Assembly: GCA_043228905.1 (NCBI GenBank)
Contig: JBHGNT010000010.1
Location: 21,142,001-21,206,000 of the forward strand
Direction: 5' to 3'
Length of the DNA: 64,000 bases
Origin: Azolla caroliniana
Taxonomy: Eukaryota; Plantae; Polypodiophyta
In this document: piece by piece, positions 51,950 to 63,057 of the stretch
Layout: every line of letters starts with the position of its first letter
How positions within the stretch are numbered: position 1 is the stretch's first letter
Translations under genes and position numbers: made by a program
Notes under the pieces: model-generated
The model's database searches: none
What the model was told of the DNA's origin: nothing
The model's input: the letters and a program-made list of their open reading frames with translations, nothing else

Positions 51950-54900
51950 TTGCCATGACAGATACTTGGAGTAGGTTGGATTGAATTTATGTAATGCATA
52001 CCGAAGGTTTTTTACCAGAGATTTTGGATATTTCAGTGTCTTATGGGTCAATTATATCAAATCATTTCCCATTAATTTTTGAGTTCAATCACCACTCAAT
52101 TAGAGGTTTTCATGAGTTTTTTGGAAAACCACCGTTGATTTTTAATTCATCATTTTTGGATCATGAGGTCTTCCATGCCTATATGTGTCAATTGATTGAT
52201 GCATTTGCCTATCGCGTTCAATTTGATGGGTATGAAGCGTGGGAAGTATTTGTTGCAAATGTTCAGAGGTTAACTAGATATTATGGAATTCACCATGCTT
52301 TTAAAAGGAGAAAGAAATTAAGTCTCCTAGTTAATTTGCTTGATAAATGCAACTCATTGTTAACTTATTGGCCAACGGATGTAGAGTTGATGGGATATCA
52401 AGAGGTATTAATTTCTGCGATGCATGACCTAACGGCAAAAAATTATCAACATGCTAGACTACATCGTCTAAGACAAGAAGTGGATGATGCTAATTGTCAA
52501 TCACATAAGTTTTTCCATGACCTTCATGAATCACATGCACGACATAATGTGGTAAGGTTAGAGGAAAATGGTATCATGTGTTCCGATCCTCAAGAAATTG
52601 TGGAGAAATGCATAGAATATTATACACAATTGTTGCATGTACAAGTGTGTATCGATGATAATGTTAAAAAGGATAGAGATGTATTTTTTAATGGAGTGAA
52701 AAATCATGTATCGCATGATGTGGCACAATCATTAGATGCTAATATTTCAGAGGATGAGGTGGAACATGTCATGTCACATCTTGCTAATGATAAGAGTCCT
52801 GGGTGGGATGGATTAACACGTGAACTCTTTAAGAAATATGTGATTAAGTTAAAGGGGCCTTTTACGATTTTATTTCAGAAGGTGTGGACATCAGGGGAAA
52901 TGCCTCATTCTTGGAAGATTGGTTTGATCAAGCTTTTGCCGAAGGTGCCTTCTCCATCTTCCTTTGCTCAATGGAGGCCTATTTCATTGATGGGGGGAAT
53001 GTACAAGATTTTTGCAAAAGTGATGGCCAATAGGTTGCATAAGGTTTTACCTTCTATTATTCATAATGCTCAATATGGGTTTTTAGCAAAAAGAGACATT
53101 TTACATAATATTTTAAATGTTCAAATGGCAATTGACTATGCAAAGGAGTCTAACCAAGAATTAGTGTTGCTACAATTGGATATCGAGAAAGCCTATGATA
53201 ATGTGGATTGGTCATTTATAAATCAATTGATGTCTCATATGGGTTTTGGTGATCGTATGTCTAAGTTGATATACACATTAGGGGAGGGTTCGGTTTCACA
53301 TGTGATGTTTAATGGAGGACTAACCCAACCGATTTCTATTCGGAGGTCAGTTAGACAAGGATGCCCGGTAAGTCCTTTACTATTCACTATTGTGACACAT
53401 CCTATTCTTGTTAAGTTACACAATATGGCTATGGGGGAAGAATTTCTTGGACTAAGGTTGCCATCAGGGAAGCCATGTATTGTTCAAGCTCTCGCAGATG
53501 ACCATATTATGTTTTTGGCACCTAATCGGGAAAATATTAGTAAGACAAGAGATGTGTGGGAATTGTTTTCAAATGCTTCGGGGTTGAGAATTAATATACA
53601 TAAATCTGTCCTCATTTCATGTACAGAACAAGATGTGTTAGGGTTGGGGTGGTCAAGAAGGATAGTACATCGTGGTATGATTTGTCGTCATCTTGGATAT
53701 CCAATTGGGGTGGAAGTTTCTCATGTGAAACTTATTGAGTGGGTATCCAAAAGGTTGGAGGATAAGTTTATGTATTGGAGGTCTCAAATTTGGCCTTTTC
53801 ATGTACGACTTAAGGTGGTCCAATCGATTATGGTCTCTATGGTATCTTATTATCTTCCTTTGCTCCCATGGTCAAAGAAAGCTCTTGAAATGTTGTCACG
53901 CTCGATGCGAATGTTGTTATGGAAAAGAAAAGGGAAAAGTGCCTTGTCATGGTTGGCATGGGATCATGTTTGTACTCCGAAGCATCTTGGTGGGGCATCA
54001 ATATTGAATCTATATGAGCATATGGTGGCTCGTCGATTTACTTTCATTCGATTCATGTTTGAAGATGTACAACCTTGGACAGAAATGGTGGCATACTTTA
54101 TAGAGAAGAACGGAATAAAGCTTGGAAACATGAAGGTTGAAGCGAATTGGTGGAATGTAATTAATTCTGACAGGGATGTCAAATGTACAGGGTCTATGAT
54201 AGTTAATCATTTGTTGATATCTTGGCAAAGTATGTTGGATTTTGTAGAATGGCATCCCCCACAAGAAAGGGGATGTGCCAATTCATTACAAATGGAGGTT
54301 TTGGCAACATCAAGGTTGTTGAGGTGGGAAGGTAAACAAATTCTTAACCTTCAATTTAATCGGATGGCTAGATTGGGTTTGGTAAGAGTTAAGGATGCTA
54401 TGTTGGTTTCACAAAGAAGATTAATGGCTTTTCGAACAATAAGATCAACATTTCGTATTCCAAAAGGTTATAACTTTATTTGGTATAAGTTGCAACAAAT
54501 ACTATCTTTGCATGAGCCAATTCCTGATTTAGATGGGCGATCTCAAGAGCTTGATTGGAGGTTTGTTGGAAATAAGACATTGACTATGATCTCAACGAAT
54601 GTTGCTTATCACAAGTTGATTGACAAACATAAGTGGTTGGAAGAAAGGGTTATAAAGATATGGGGTTGTGATAAGCCCATTACTTGGTGGTTTCATGTGA
54701 TCAAGGCAGGTTGGTGTTCTCGATTGATGCTACGAGCCAAGGTATTTATTTGGAGAGTTATGGTTGGAGCTTTACCATTAGGGGATGCATTAAAAAGAAG
54801 AAACATTACTAAAGGATTGTGTTTCTTTTGTTCGGTGGAATTGGAACATAGTAGGCATCGATTTATTTCATGCCCGATGGCAAGGATGGTTTGGAGGTGT

Positions 54901-57039
54901 ATCAGTTTAGTGTGGATGTCTCTAACAAGAGTAAGTCTATCTTCCTTCAGTTGGGTTTTTGCACATATGGAGAACAATGAACCCATGCCTCATTTTCAAA
55001 TTATTTTTGAGTTCTTGAGGTATTGGGGGCTATGGTTCAATTGGAATATGCAGAATGTCTTCATTTTGATTCACAAGTTGGGGTGAGAAAATATGTTCTT
55101 AAGTTAAAAGGACTTCTTTTGTGGCAATTGACAGTGCTAGAGAAGTCACAAAATCTCAACCAAGAAGAGAGAGAACTCTGCAAGGTCACATATCATCATA
55201 TTTGCCATTTGAATTGGTGTGTAGGGTGGCATTGAGTTTGGTGTCGTAGTTTTCTTTAGATCCCTAGATAGAAGGGGTTCTATAATTTGTTGTAAGTTAG
55301 TCATGGTGGTGTTTTTTCTTTCGTAATGAAAGCCATTATTTACGAAAAAAGAAAAGAAAAGAGAGAGATTTGTAGATATGCAGAGCGAGAAGGGGAGATA
55401 TAGAACGTAACACTTGATTTCAATAACAAGAGATTACAATAACAAGAGAATACAAGAGGTTACAAGAGAATACGACTCTGACGGTTACAACCGACAAGGC
55501 GGCGATGGACCCGACACGGGGATCCTACTCATACACACAGACAGCACTCGCTCGACTCCCAAAAACAAAACAAAGGGGGAGAGCCTCTGCTGGAAGCGCA
55601 CGGGCTGTCCACGAAGCAGAGGCAGCGAACTCCCGACCCACAGAGACCGACGACTAGAGGGGAAGAGAGAGCTCGGCACGCTGGTCTGCAGCAACACTTC
55701 GTTCTCCCTAACGCGCGATGCTCGTTCCTTCCTTCTCTCCCTCCTTAAATAGTTCCCAAAAGGGGTGCCCCTTTTCCTCAGCCAAACTGCTTTATTCCTT
55801 GTCCATGTGGAAAGAGATACGTACAAAATCCCCTAATAAATGTGCACTACCTAGTATTTACACCAGTCGCCCTAATTATGAGTTATGTACAATATATCAA
55901 TCCTCCCGTCCACCCGTGTAAGAGCCGGTTCATGCGCTTTTTTCTTCACTTCCGCCTATGGCCGGTTTTCTTCACGATAGCGGGAAGAGGCTGAACGGCA
56001 AACAGAGTCAGCAAGACTCGGCTTCGGGGCCAGGATTGCGAAGGCGTACGCAACTCTCGAGGTGATGCTCAAGGAAGAGGAAAGATCGCCCCACGAGATG
56101 GCAGAAGATCGGTACCACGGTACCACGGGAGAGGGTGCGAAACAAAACGCCCTCTCGACTTGCGCATATAAAACGCCCGAGGACGAGGTCGAGATACCGA
56201 TCGCAAAGTCAGAGTGTTGTGATCGGCGGTTTTGGGCACACCAGCCCGATACTCCGGACATAGGAGAAGCAAGCCCAGGCAGGGCTTGCGTGATCGGTAA
56301 GGAGACGACCGTTGACCACGAAGAGCCGGTGCTTACGGACAACGGCGTAAAATGGACGGGCGATTCTTCGCGTCTTCCCACACTTTCTCCCGAGACGATT
56401 GCAATCGGGCCCGAGTGCCCACGTGAGTCCCAAGAGGAGGAAGGCGGCGGTGTGAGACCGAGAATCACTGGCGAGACGATACGGGGAAGGAACGGACAAG
56501 AGCCCTCGAGTCCGATTCTGGAGAACTCGGCATTCGGGTCGTTATGCCCATGTGAGACCGAGGAGATGGATGACGGTATCGAGGACTCCTAGCACGATGC
56601 CAGCAAAGAAGGATGGGAGTTGGCCCGCGAGAAGGTCGATGAAGAGACCAAGAAACAAGCCGACAGGGAACCGAACATCGCGACACTCCAATTCGGTTGG
56701 AGCGCGATCTAGTCGTGGATTGTTCAACCAGGGCCAGAATCGGCATGAGGGTGCTGATATAGGAGAGGGTGCGGAACGAGCTGCCCTCTTTTACATGGGG
56801 AGAAAGACCGATCGGGCAAAGGTCGGGAATCAAAAGGGAGATGATCGAGGTTGCAGAACGAATCCGGCAGGATCGGCATCGAAGCCGAAACTCCAGACAT
56901 TGGAGAATCAAGCCCAGACGGGACTTGATCGATCATAGAGCGGATGCTATCCACCGGCACCACTAAAAGGGTGAATAGCCCCGGAGGAGTCGTCACGAGC
57001 CGTTACGAAATAAGTTTCCTCACATCTTGACCGAAGACT

Positions 57040-58636
57040 TCGGCAGTTCAAGCCAACATGGCAACGTGAGACCGAAAGAGAAGGAAGATGGAGGCGGGAA
57101 CGCAGCAAGGAGAGTGACGACGAATCCGGTAGAAGTACAAGGGAGGAAGCGGAGAGCGAAGACCGGTCCTACGGAGATCCTCACACGGATCCGGTTGTCG
57201 GCCTGAGTGCCGATGTGAGTCCTATAAGAGAGATCGGTGGCAACAGGAGAACAGGACCCGACAATCCAGAGAATGATGGGCGGATCCGGACGAGAACGGG
57301 GCGGAACGGACTTCCGGATAACTGATCCGGAAGAGAGGAGACAGCAGGCCTACGAAGAGGCCGGAAGCACGGTACGTCAGTACCACGGGGGAGGGTGTGG
57401 AGCGAGCCACCCTCTCGACTTGCAGACAAAGACGACCCGGGATAAGGGTCAGAGACTAGATGAAGGCCTGAGGAGGATCCTTCACACCGGTTCCAGAGAC
57501 TCCGGCGGTCGGCCCAAGAGCCTGCATGAGACCTAGAGTAGCTAATGGTGGCAGCGAGGGGACCACCGAGATCCTCGCACCAATCCGGCGGTTGGCCCGA
57601 GTGCCGGCGTGAGTCCTATAGGAAAGGACGGTGGCGACAGGTGAACGTGACCAACAGAAGAGAGCGGCGAAGACGGCGAGCGGTGCTGCAGCGACCTTAC
57701 GAACACCGGTTCTAGAGACTCCGGCAGCCGGCAAGAAGAGCCGACGTGAGACCTAGAGGGAAGAACGATGGTGGCGGCAAGGCGGGAAAACCGAGGTCCC
57801 ACGAACATCCTCACACCGATCCGGCAGTCAGCTTGAGAGCCGGCGTGAATCCTATAGGAAAGGACGGTGGCGGCAGGTGAACGTGACAAGGCAGCGAAGA
57901 CGGCGAGCGATGCTGCAACGACCTTACACACACCGGTTCTAGAGACTCCGGCAGCCGGCAACAAAAGCCGGCATGAGACCTAGAGGGAACAACAGTGGCG
58001 GCCGCAAGGCGGGCAAACCAAGGTCCCACGAAGATCCTCACACCGATCCGATGGCGTGAGTCCTATAGACAAGGATGATGGCCGCAGGTGAAATTGATCA
58101 GACAACGAAGGCAGAGCGGGCCGCGAACTTACACACTCCGGCGGTCAGCCCGAGAGCCGGCGTGAGACCTAGAGTAAGGAACGGTGGCAGCGACAAGGCA
58201 GAAGGGGAGGTCCCACAAAGATCCTCACACCGAATCGGTGGTCGGCCCGAGTACCGGCGTGAGTCCTATAGGAAAGGACGGTGGCGGTAGGTGAACGTGA
58301 TTGGACGACAGGAAGCAGAGCGAAAGGAGGTATGAGGCCGGCGAGGCGGCCATGAACCGGATACGAGCCCGACCGGCAGGGTCGGCAAGACAAAGATCAG
58401 ACGCCCTTGGTACACGAGTCGGTGACCCAACAAAATGAAGGCCCGAGAAGGATCCTTCACACCTGCCCGGAGACCTCGGTTGTTTGGCCAACGTGGCAAC
58501 GTGAGACCGAGGGTAATGGAAGGTGGCGGGAAGGGGACAAAGGCGGCAACAACAGAGGCACCGATCAACCAAGGCATTACGAGAATGAAGGAGGCCATGC
58601 GGGCCAGGACGCAGCAAGGGTGATCTTCCGGTAAGT
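57040..58636 (+). repeat. Degenerate modular tandem array inside element A
   Basis: Recurring modules ATCCTCACACC, GTGAGTCCTATAGGAAAGGACGGTGGCG, ACCGGTTCTAGAGACTCCGGC and GTGAGACCTAGAG, with a period of ~190-240 bp. Confidence 0.8.
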
Positions 58637-61600
58637 TGTCAAGGACACTCGGTTAAGGAGTGGTGTGCCGAGCTGAGAAGGGCACACCCGAAAGCAGAAC
58701 GGAAGGCGTGCTTGTGGCCACCGAGGGCCAAAGCAAAGCACGAGTACGGTATCGTGAAGAAAACTGTCCCCAGGCGCAAACCGTGTATAGTGTGTGTGAA
58801 CCAGCCCTTACACGTGGGCACGTCCCTTGTCGTATAGTAAATCCTAGGTAGCAATATTCTATAAGGTAAATCGAGGAGTATCTCTGTCCGAAAGGACAGA
58901 GAATTAATGTGATGTAAATGGGTGAAACGGCCTCCCTTCTTCAGCTATAAAAGAGAGGGAGACGGGGGAGAAGGGGATATAGCGCGCTAGAGGGAACGAA
59001 GTGCTGTCGGACTGGGACCGAGCTCTTCTTCTTTGTCGTTCCCCATAGCTTTCCTTTTGCGCAGGCTCTCAGGAGGCTGATTCTGCTCCGTGGAACGCCT
59101 GTGTGCTTCCGGCAGAATCTCCATCTTGCTCTCCTGTGTGCGTGGGTGATCAGGCGTCGGCATCCACCTCGCCGACCTGGTCGGTTGTAACCGTTCGATT
59201 CGTCTGCATACATACAAATACATGCCTATATTTACATACACACTCTAGTGTTCTCAACTCGTGTCTCCTGTGTTGTTGTGACGCGTCCCCGTGCGCTTCT
59301 TTGTCTATACGTGAGTGAGCGTCTCTCTCTCTCTTCTTCTTCTTTTCTTCCTCACCTATTCCTCGGTCCAAAACCCCAGTGGTCCCGCCTTGTTCTCCGC
59401 GCATGCGCGTAACAACGGAACATATTTGGTGAACCTGACGTGAACAGGCGGTAGAGGAGTAGAAGATGATGGGGTCGGACCTAGCAGAAGCCATGGCTTC
59501 GGCTGTAGACCATATAGTGAGTGCGCGCGAAGGCACCGACGCCCTTGATAGGGCTATCGAGGCGGTTGTCGGTACGATCAGCCGGTTTAGTGGAAAGGAT
59601 GCCCCAAGCTACTTGGCGTCCTACCGGGCTGAGATGGTAATGAGGGACATTTCGGAAGAGAGGTGTCTAGCCGGATTCCCTCGAGTGGCGATGCCGGGTA
59701 TCCATACGGAGGTGCTCGAGGTACGGGCCGAGAGCCGGACCTGGGAGGAGTTCGAAGGTCGGCTCCTTGAAAGATACGAGCTTGAAGATACGCTTCGACT
59801 TTCGAAGCGGGACTTCATGGAGTGGGTGGAGACCCCCGACAAAGGAAGGAACGCGTCAGTGCTCCTTCGGGAGTTTGAGGAACGCTTCGCGCGCCTCTCA
59901 GTGCTTGACCGGACCGTTCTGGACACAAGCCGTGTCCTATTGTTTGTTAAGTCAGTTGACGAGCGGGATCGGGAGCAGGTAGGCCTCCTATTGGAGACTG
60001 ATGATGGGTTGACAGCCGACTGGGCCGTGGTGAAAAGGGTCTGTGGCCGTTTTGACAAACGGTGGGAATGGGTTGACAAAGGGTCGACAGGGGCGGGCTC
60101 TGTCGCAGCAAGGAAGCTCGAGCCAACACCACCAACGCGAAGGGAAGAGACCCGAGATTGGATCGAGACCGGGTCGGCTTCAACCGGCGTGGTCAAGGGC
60201 TCGTCCGGGGGAGCAGCTCTGGAGGAGCTGACGCGGATGGTAAGGGATCTCCAGATCGCCCAGGCACGGAGGGATGGTGGCGAACAGGCCCGTGACCGAC
60301 GACCTCTGGCTGAAAACAGGTGCATGTGGTGTGACGCAGTTGGGCACATCCGAAAGGACTGCGGGGACTTCGCCGAGGCGATGAGAAGCAACGTGGTGTA
60401 CCTATGGAACAGTCGGGTGCACGCCAGCGAGACCCGAAGGGCCCTGAACCTGAACATCGGGCGAGGGGGTATGAAAAGGCTGATGGAGGAGGCGGGGGCT
60501 CGTCACGCGGAGACCGTCCACTACTCGGCGTCAGCTGGTATTCGGGTCGGAGGTGGCGAGGCCCCGAAGACGAACAAAGCCGGGTTCTGGCCGACGATGC
60601 TAGAAGGCCTCGCCGGCGCACGACTGAGGAAAGAAGAGGTGGACCGCGCGGAAAAACGGGTCCAGGAGTTAACCGGGTGGAGTGACCCGGTGGAAGAAAA
60701 GATGAGCTTCGTCGAAGCCGCTTGTCAAAACTACGAGGCTTTGGTGGAGGACAAGCGGGTAGGGAAAACCGGAGGGGCCGGGCCCTCGCAGCGATATGAA
60801 ACTCGACTCGGGCAAAGACGGAATGAGGCCGTTGTAACCAGCGCCCAGGATAATCCCAAGAAGGGCGAGTACCGGCTGAGCACAGAAATCGAAAGATCCA
60901 CGGACCTGCGAAAGGTCCTGGAAGAACGAATCCTCGACATTAAGGTGGAGCTATCGCTGAGGGAAGTGCTCAGGATCGCCAAGAAGGAGTTCCACGACTC
61001 CATCGTAGACTTGGTGAAGAGGAAGAGGCTGTCGACGGAGATAGAACCGGAGAAGCTGGTGGAGGTGCGGACGACGCACATAGAGGACATGGCGCTTGAA
61101 GACGAGTTGGCGGAGAGCCACTATTCGAGGCCGCACTGGGCCAGAGCGACCACGGAGACCCCTGTGAAGATCGGAGATGTTCATGAACCGGTAGTGGCGT
61201 TGGTGGACCATGGTTCAGAAATCAATTTGATGTCCATGGACTTCTATAAGAAGGGAAAATGGCCGATCAACACCAAGGACGGGTGGAAAATATGGGCGGC
61301 GACGCGTGCCACCGAAGAATTGCATGGAGCCTGCCCGAACGTACGAGTAAAGATCGGTGATGTCGAGATTGACCAGCACTTCTTCGTGCAGGAGACATCC
61401 TCACATCCGGTTATACTAGGAGAACCGTACATCACGGCAGCACGGATGGAGACCAAGGTGCTGGACAACGGCTCGGCCTATGCAAGGGTCAAGAGCCAGG
61501 ATGGGCGTCACTCGGTCCAGTTCCTGACGGTGAAACCGAACCATGAGAGGAACCGCGAGACCCTCGGGGCGAAAGCTGGGAGGATTTTTGAAGAGGGCTA

Positions 61601-63057
61601 TCAAGGAGTGGGGCCGCGATAGTCCGGACACTCCGGGAAAACCCCACAAGTGTATGATAGCGAAGAAGACTTGTGCTATAAGTAGGGACTTTTGGTTCTC
61701 CGACAACGGAGGGTGCACGATAGTCGACGTTGTTGGCCGGAAGAAGAGAAGGGCGGAGGAGCGACTTCGGGCATGTGGCGTCCTCGACCTCGGAGAAGAA
61801 ATCAACGGAGCCGTGGAGGCGGTCTCTTTCATCGATACCTTGGGGGAGCTGCGGGAGGTAGTCGGAGGAGTCCTTAAAGAGAACCGGACGATTCCGGTAT
61901 GTTCGGAAAAGATGTACGAAGTCATCGCGCACTTCAGTAGAGGGCTCGAGTCAGATCGGATAGCCCGGGTGGACACGAGGTACAAGACTGTGGACTGGAA
62001 GGTGAGGCCAGTCGCGGCTCCCTTGCCGGAGGGCAGCGAGTTGTGAATAAAGGGGGTTGCATCGGCCCGAGTTTACGAAATCCGGCCCGCATTGGACACA
62101 CGTTCACCGACATAATGTTGTGCAAGCTCAAAATCGGTGGGGGCGGCTTCCTACTACTGGCGGAAGAGGACCGTTTTCGGGGAATGCTCGGAAGGCACGG
62201 CAAGGCTTTCGCATTCTCACCGGAGGAGATCAGGTGCATAGACCCGATAGTCGTGGAACCAATGGTGAAATTCATGGTACCGCATGTGTCGTGGAGTCTC
62301 AAACTGATTCCAGTACCCAGAGCTCACATCCCGAAGCTGATGGAGCTGTTAAAGCAAAAGGTCGAGATGGGAATCCTTGAACCGTCGAGTGCCCCATACT
62401 CGAATCAGTGGTTTACCGTGCCGAAGAAGGACGACACGTTGCGCTTTATTCAAGAGCTGCAGCCAGTCAACAAGGTGACCATTCGAAACGCAGGAATCGG
62501 ACCGACAATAGACGAGTTCGCGGAGGCCTTCGCCGGAAGGTCGATTTACTCGGTCGGTGATCTCTATTCGGGGTACGATCAGTTCCAGCTTGCCGTAGAG
62601 AGCAGGGACATCACGACAATGTGAACTCCTCTCGGCCTAGTACGAATGTGTACCCTGCCACAAGAAGGGACGAACTCAGTGGCTCACATGGTGAACGCAA
62701 TGAACAAAGTGCTGAGGGATTGTATCCCGGACATCACCATGCCGTTTTTGGACGACGTCCCGATCAAGGGATGCGCGGTGGAGGAAAGGGAGGAGACGAT
62801 CAGACCGGACGGATGCCGGAAATTTGCGACGACGCACATCGATGACTGCGAGAAGGTGCTACAGAGGTTGGAGAGCGCGAGGCTCACCTTCTCCGGGGGA
62901 AAGTCGGCCTTCGGGCAATCAGAGATCATGGTCGTCGGACACCTATGCGGGCCGTACGGCCGGAAACCGTCTCTGGCTAAGGTAGAAGCCATCTCTGCGA
63001 TGAAGAACGATTGTAGCTCGGTCACGGAGGTTCAGAGGTTCTTGGGAGCGTGCACGT
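58637..63057 (+). mobile_element. Trp-Gypsy element C (5' LTR ~58637-59422, PBS 59427-59444, gag-PR, RT), cut by element D
   Basis: PBS TGGTGAACCTGACGTGAA. RT fragments 61543-63065 contain DLYSGYDQ and FLDDVPI. The LTR start could alternatively be 58828. Confidence 0.88.
59466..61622 (+). CDS. Gag-protease polyprotein of element C (718 aa)
   Basis: Open ORF with CMWCDAVGHIRKDC and LVDHGSEINLM. A 1-nt deletion near 61567 bypasses the ancestral stop at 61589-61591. Confidence 0.88.
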   Translation: MMGSDLAEAMASAVDHIVSAREGTDALDRAIEAVVGTISRFSGKDAPSYLASYRAEMVMRDISEERCLAGFPRVAMPGIHTEVLEVRAESRTWEEFEGRLLERYELEDTLRLSKRDFMEWVETPDKGRNASVLLREFEERFARLSVLDRTVLDTSRVLLFVKSVDERDREQVGLLLETDDGLTADWAVVKRVCGRFDKRWEWVDKGSTGAGSVAARKLEPTPPTRREETRDWIETGSASTGVVKGSSGGAALEELTRMVRDLQIAQARRDGGEQARDRRPLAENRCMWCDAVGHIRKDCGDFAEAMRSNVVYLWNSRVHASETRRALNLNIGRGGMKRLMEEAGARHAETVHYSASAGIRVGGGEAPKTNKAGFWPTMLEGLAGARLRKEEVDRAEKRVQELTGWSDPVEEKMSFVEAACQNYEALVEDKRVGKTGGAGPSQRYETRLGQRRNEAVVTSAQDNPKKGEYRLSTEIERSTDLRKVLEERILDIKVELSLREVLRIAKKEFHDSIVDLVKRKRLSTEIEPEKLVEVRTTHIEDMALEDELAESHYSRPHWARATTETPVKIGDVHEPVVALVDHGSEINLMSMDFYKKGKWPINTKDGWKIWAATRATEELHGACPNVRVKIGDVEIDQHFFVQETSSHPVILGEPYITAARMETKVLDNGSAYARVKSQDGRHSVQFLTVKPNHERNRETLGAKAGRIFEEGYQGVGPR

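Larger units (their letters stand above)
46303..51960 (-). mobile_element. Near-intact Tcn1-like chromovirus (Ty3/Gypsy) with 439-bp LTRs and TSD GATAC
   Basis: LTRs at 46303-46741 and 51522-51960, with one mismatch seen by eye. GATAC at 46298-46302 and 51961-51965. PPT AAGGGGGAGATAG. Confidence 0.97.
45722..55235 (+). pseudogene. L1 ORF2 (APE endonuclease, RT, zf-RVT), interrupted by the chromovirus at 46303-51960
   Basis: MKITTWNVRG, MGDFN, SRLD*IY, SNHFP, WRPISL, RQGCPVSP, ALADD and CFFCSVELEHSRHRFISC. Confidence 0.92.
44128..55360 (+). mobile_element. Full-length L1-clade LINE inserted in the 5' LTR of element B; TSD GAGAGAGATT
   Basis: TSD at 44118-44127 and 55361-55370. 5' UTR, ORF1, ORF2 and an A-rich tail at 55345-55360. 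Confidence 0.9.
35956..55979 (-). mobile_element. Trp-Gypsy element B (3' LTR 35956-36675; INT, RT, PR, gag; PBS 44016-44034; 5' LTR split into 44039-44127 and 55361-55979)
   Basis: The two LTR copies match (36070-36675 vs 55385-55979). PPT GGTGGGGGTGGA. 19-nt tRNA-Trp PBS. Flanks GTGG/GCGG. Confidence 0.9.
34420..58636 (+). mobile_element. Trp-Gypsy element A, non-autonomous (5' LTR 34420-35259, PBS 35264-35280, degenerate gag, tandem array), split by element B and cut by element C
   Basis: LTR TGTCGTGGAG...CGCGACA followed by TGGTGAACCCGACGTGA. The gag-like sequence stops at 35955 and resumes at ~55980. CDRRFWAHQPDTP resembles YSRPHWARATTETP. Confidence 0.75.

Noticed and set aside
51890-51960. 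Functional tRNA gene in the LTR
   Set aside because: No convincing acceptor or anticodon stem; only the A/B boxes and a T-arm-like context remain.
57040-58636. CRISPR-like array
   Set aside because: The repeats are degenerate, the intervening segments are themselves repeated, there are no cas genes, and the context is a eukaryotic TE.
59621-60457. Long antisense ORFs (also 39005..39820, 30267..30920)
   Set aside because: Shadow ORFs of GC-rich TE coding sequence, with no motifs and not kept open in the sister copies.
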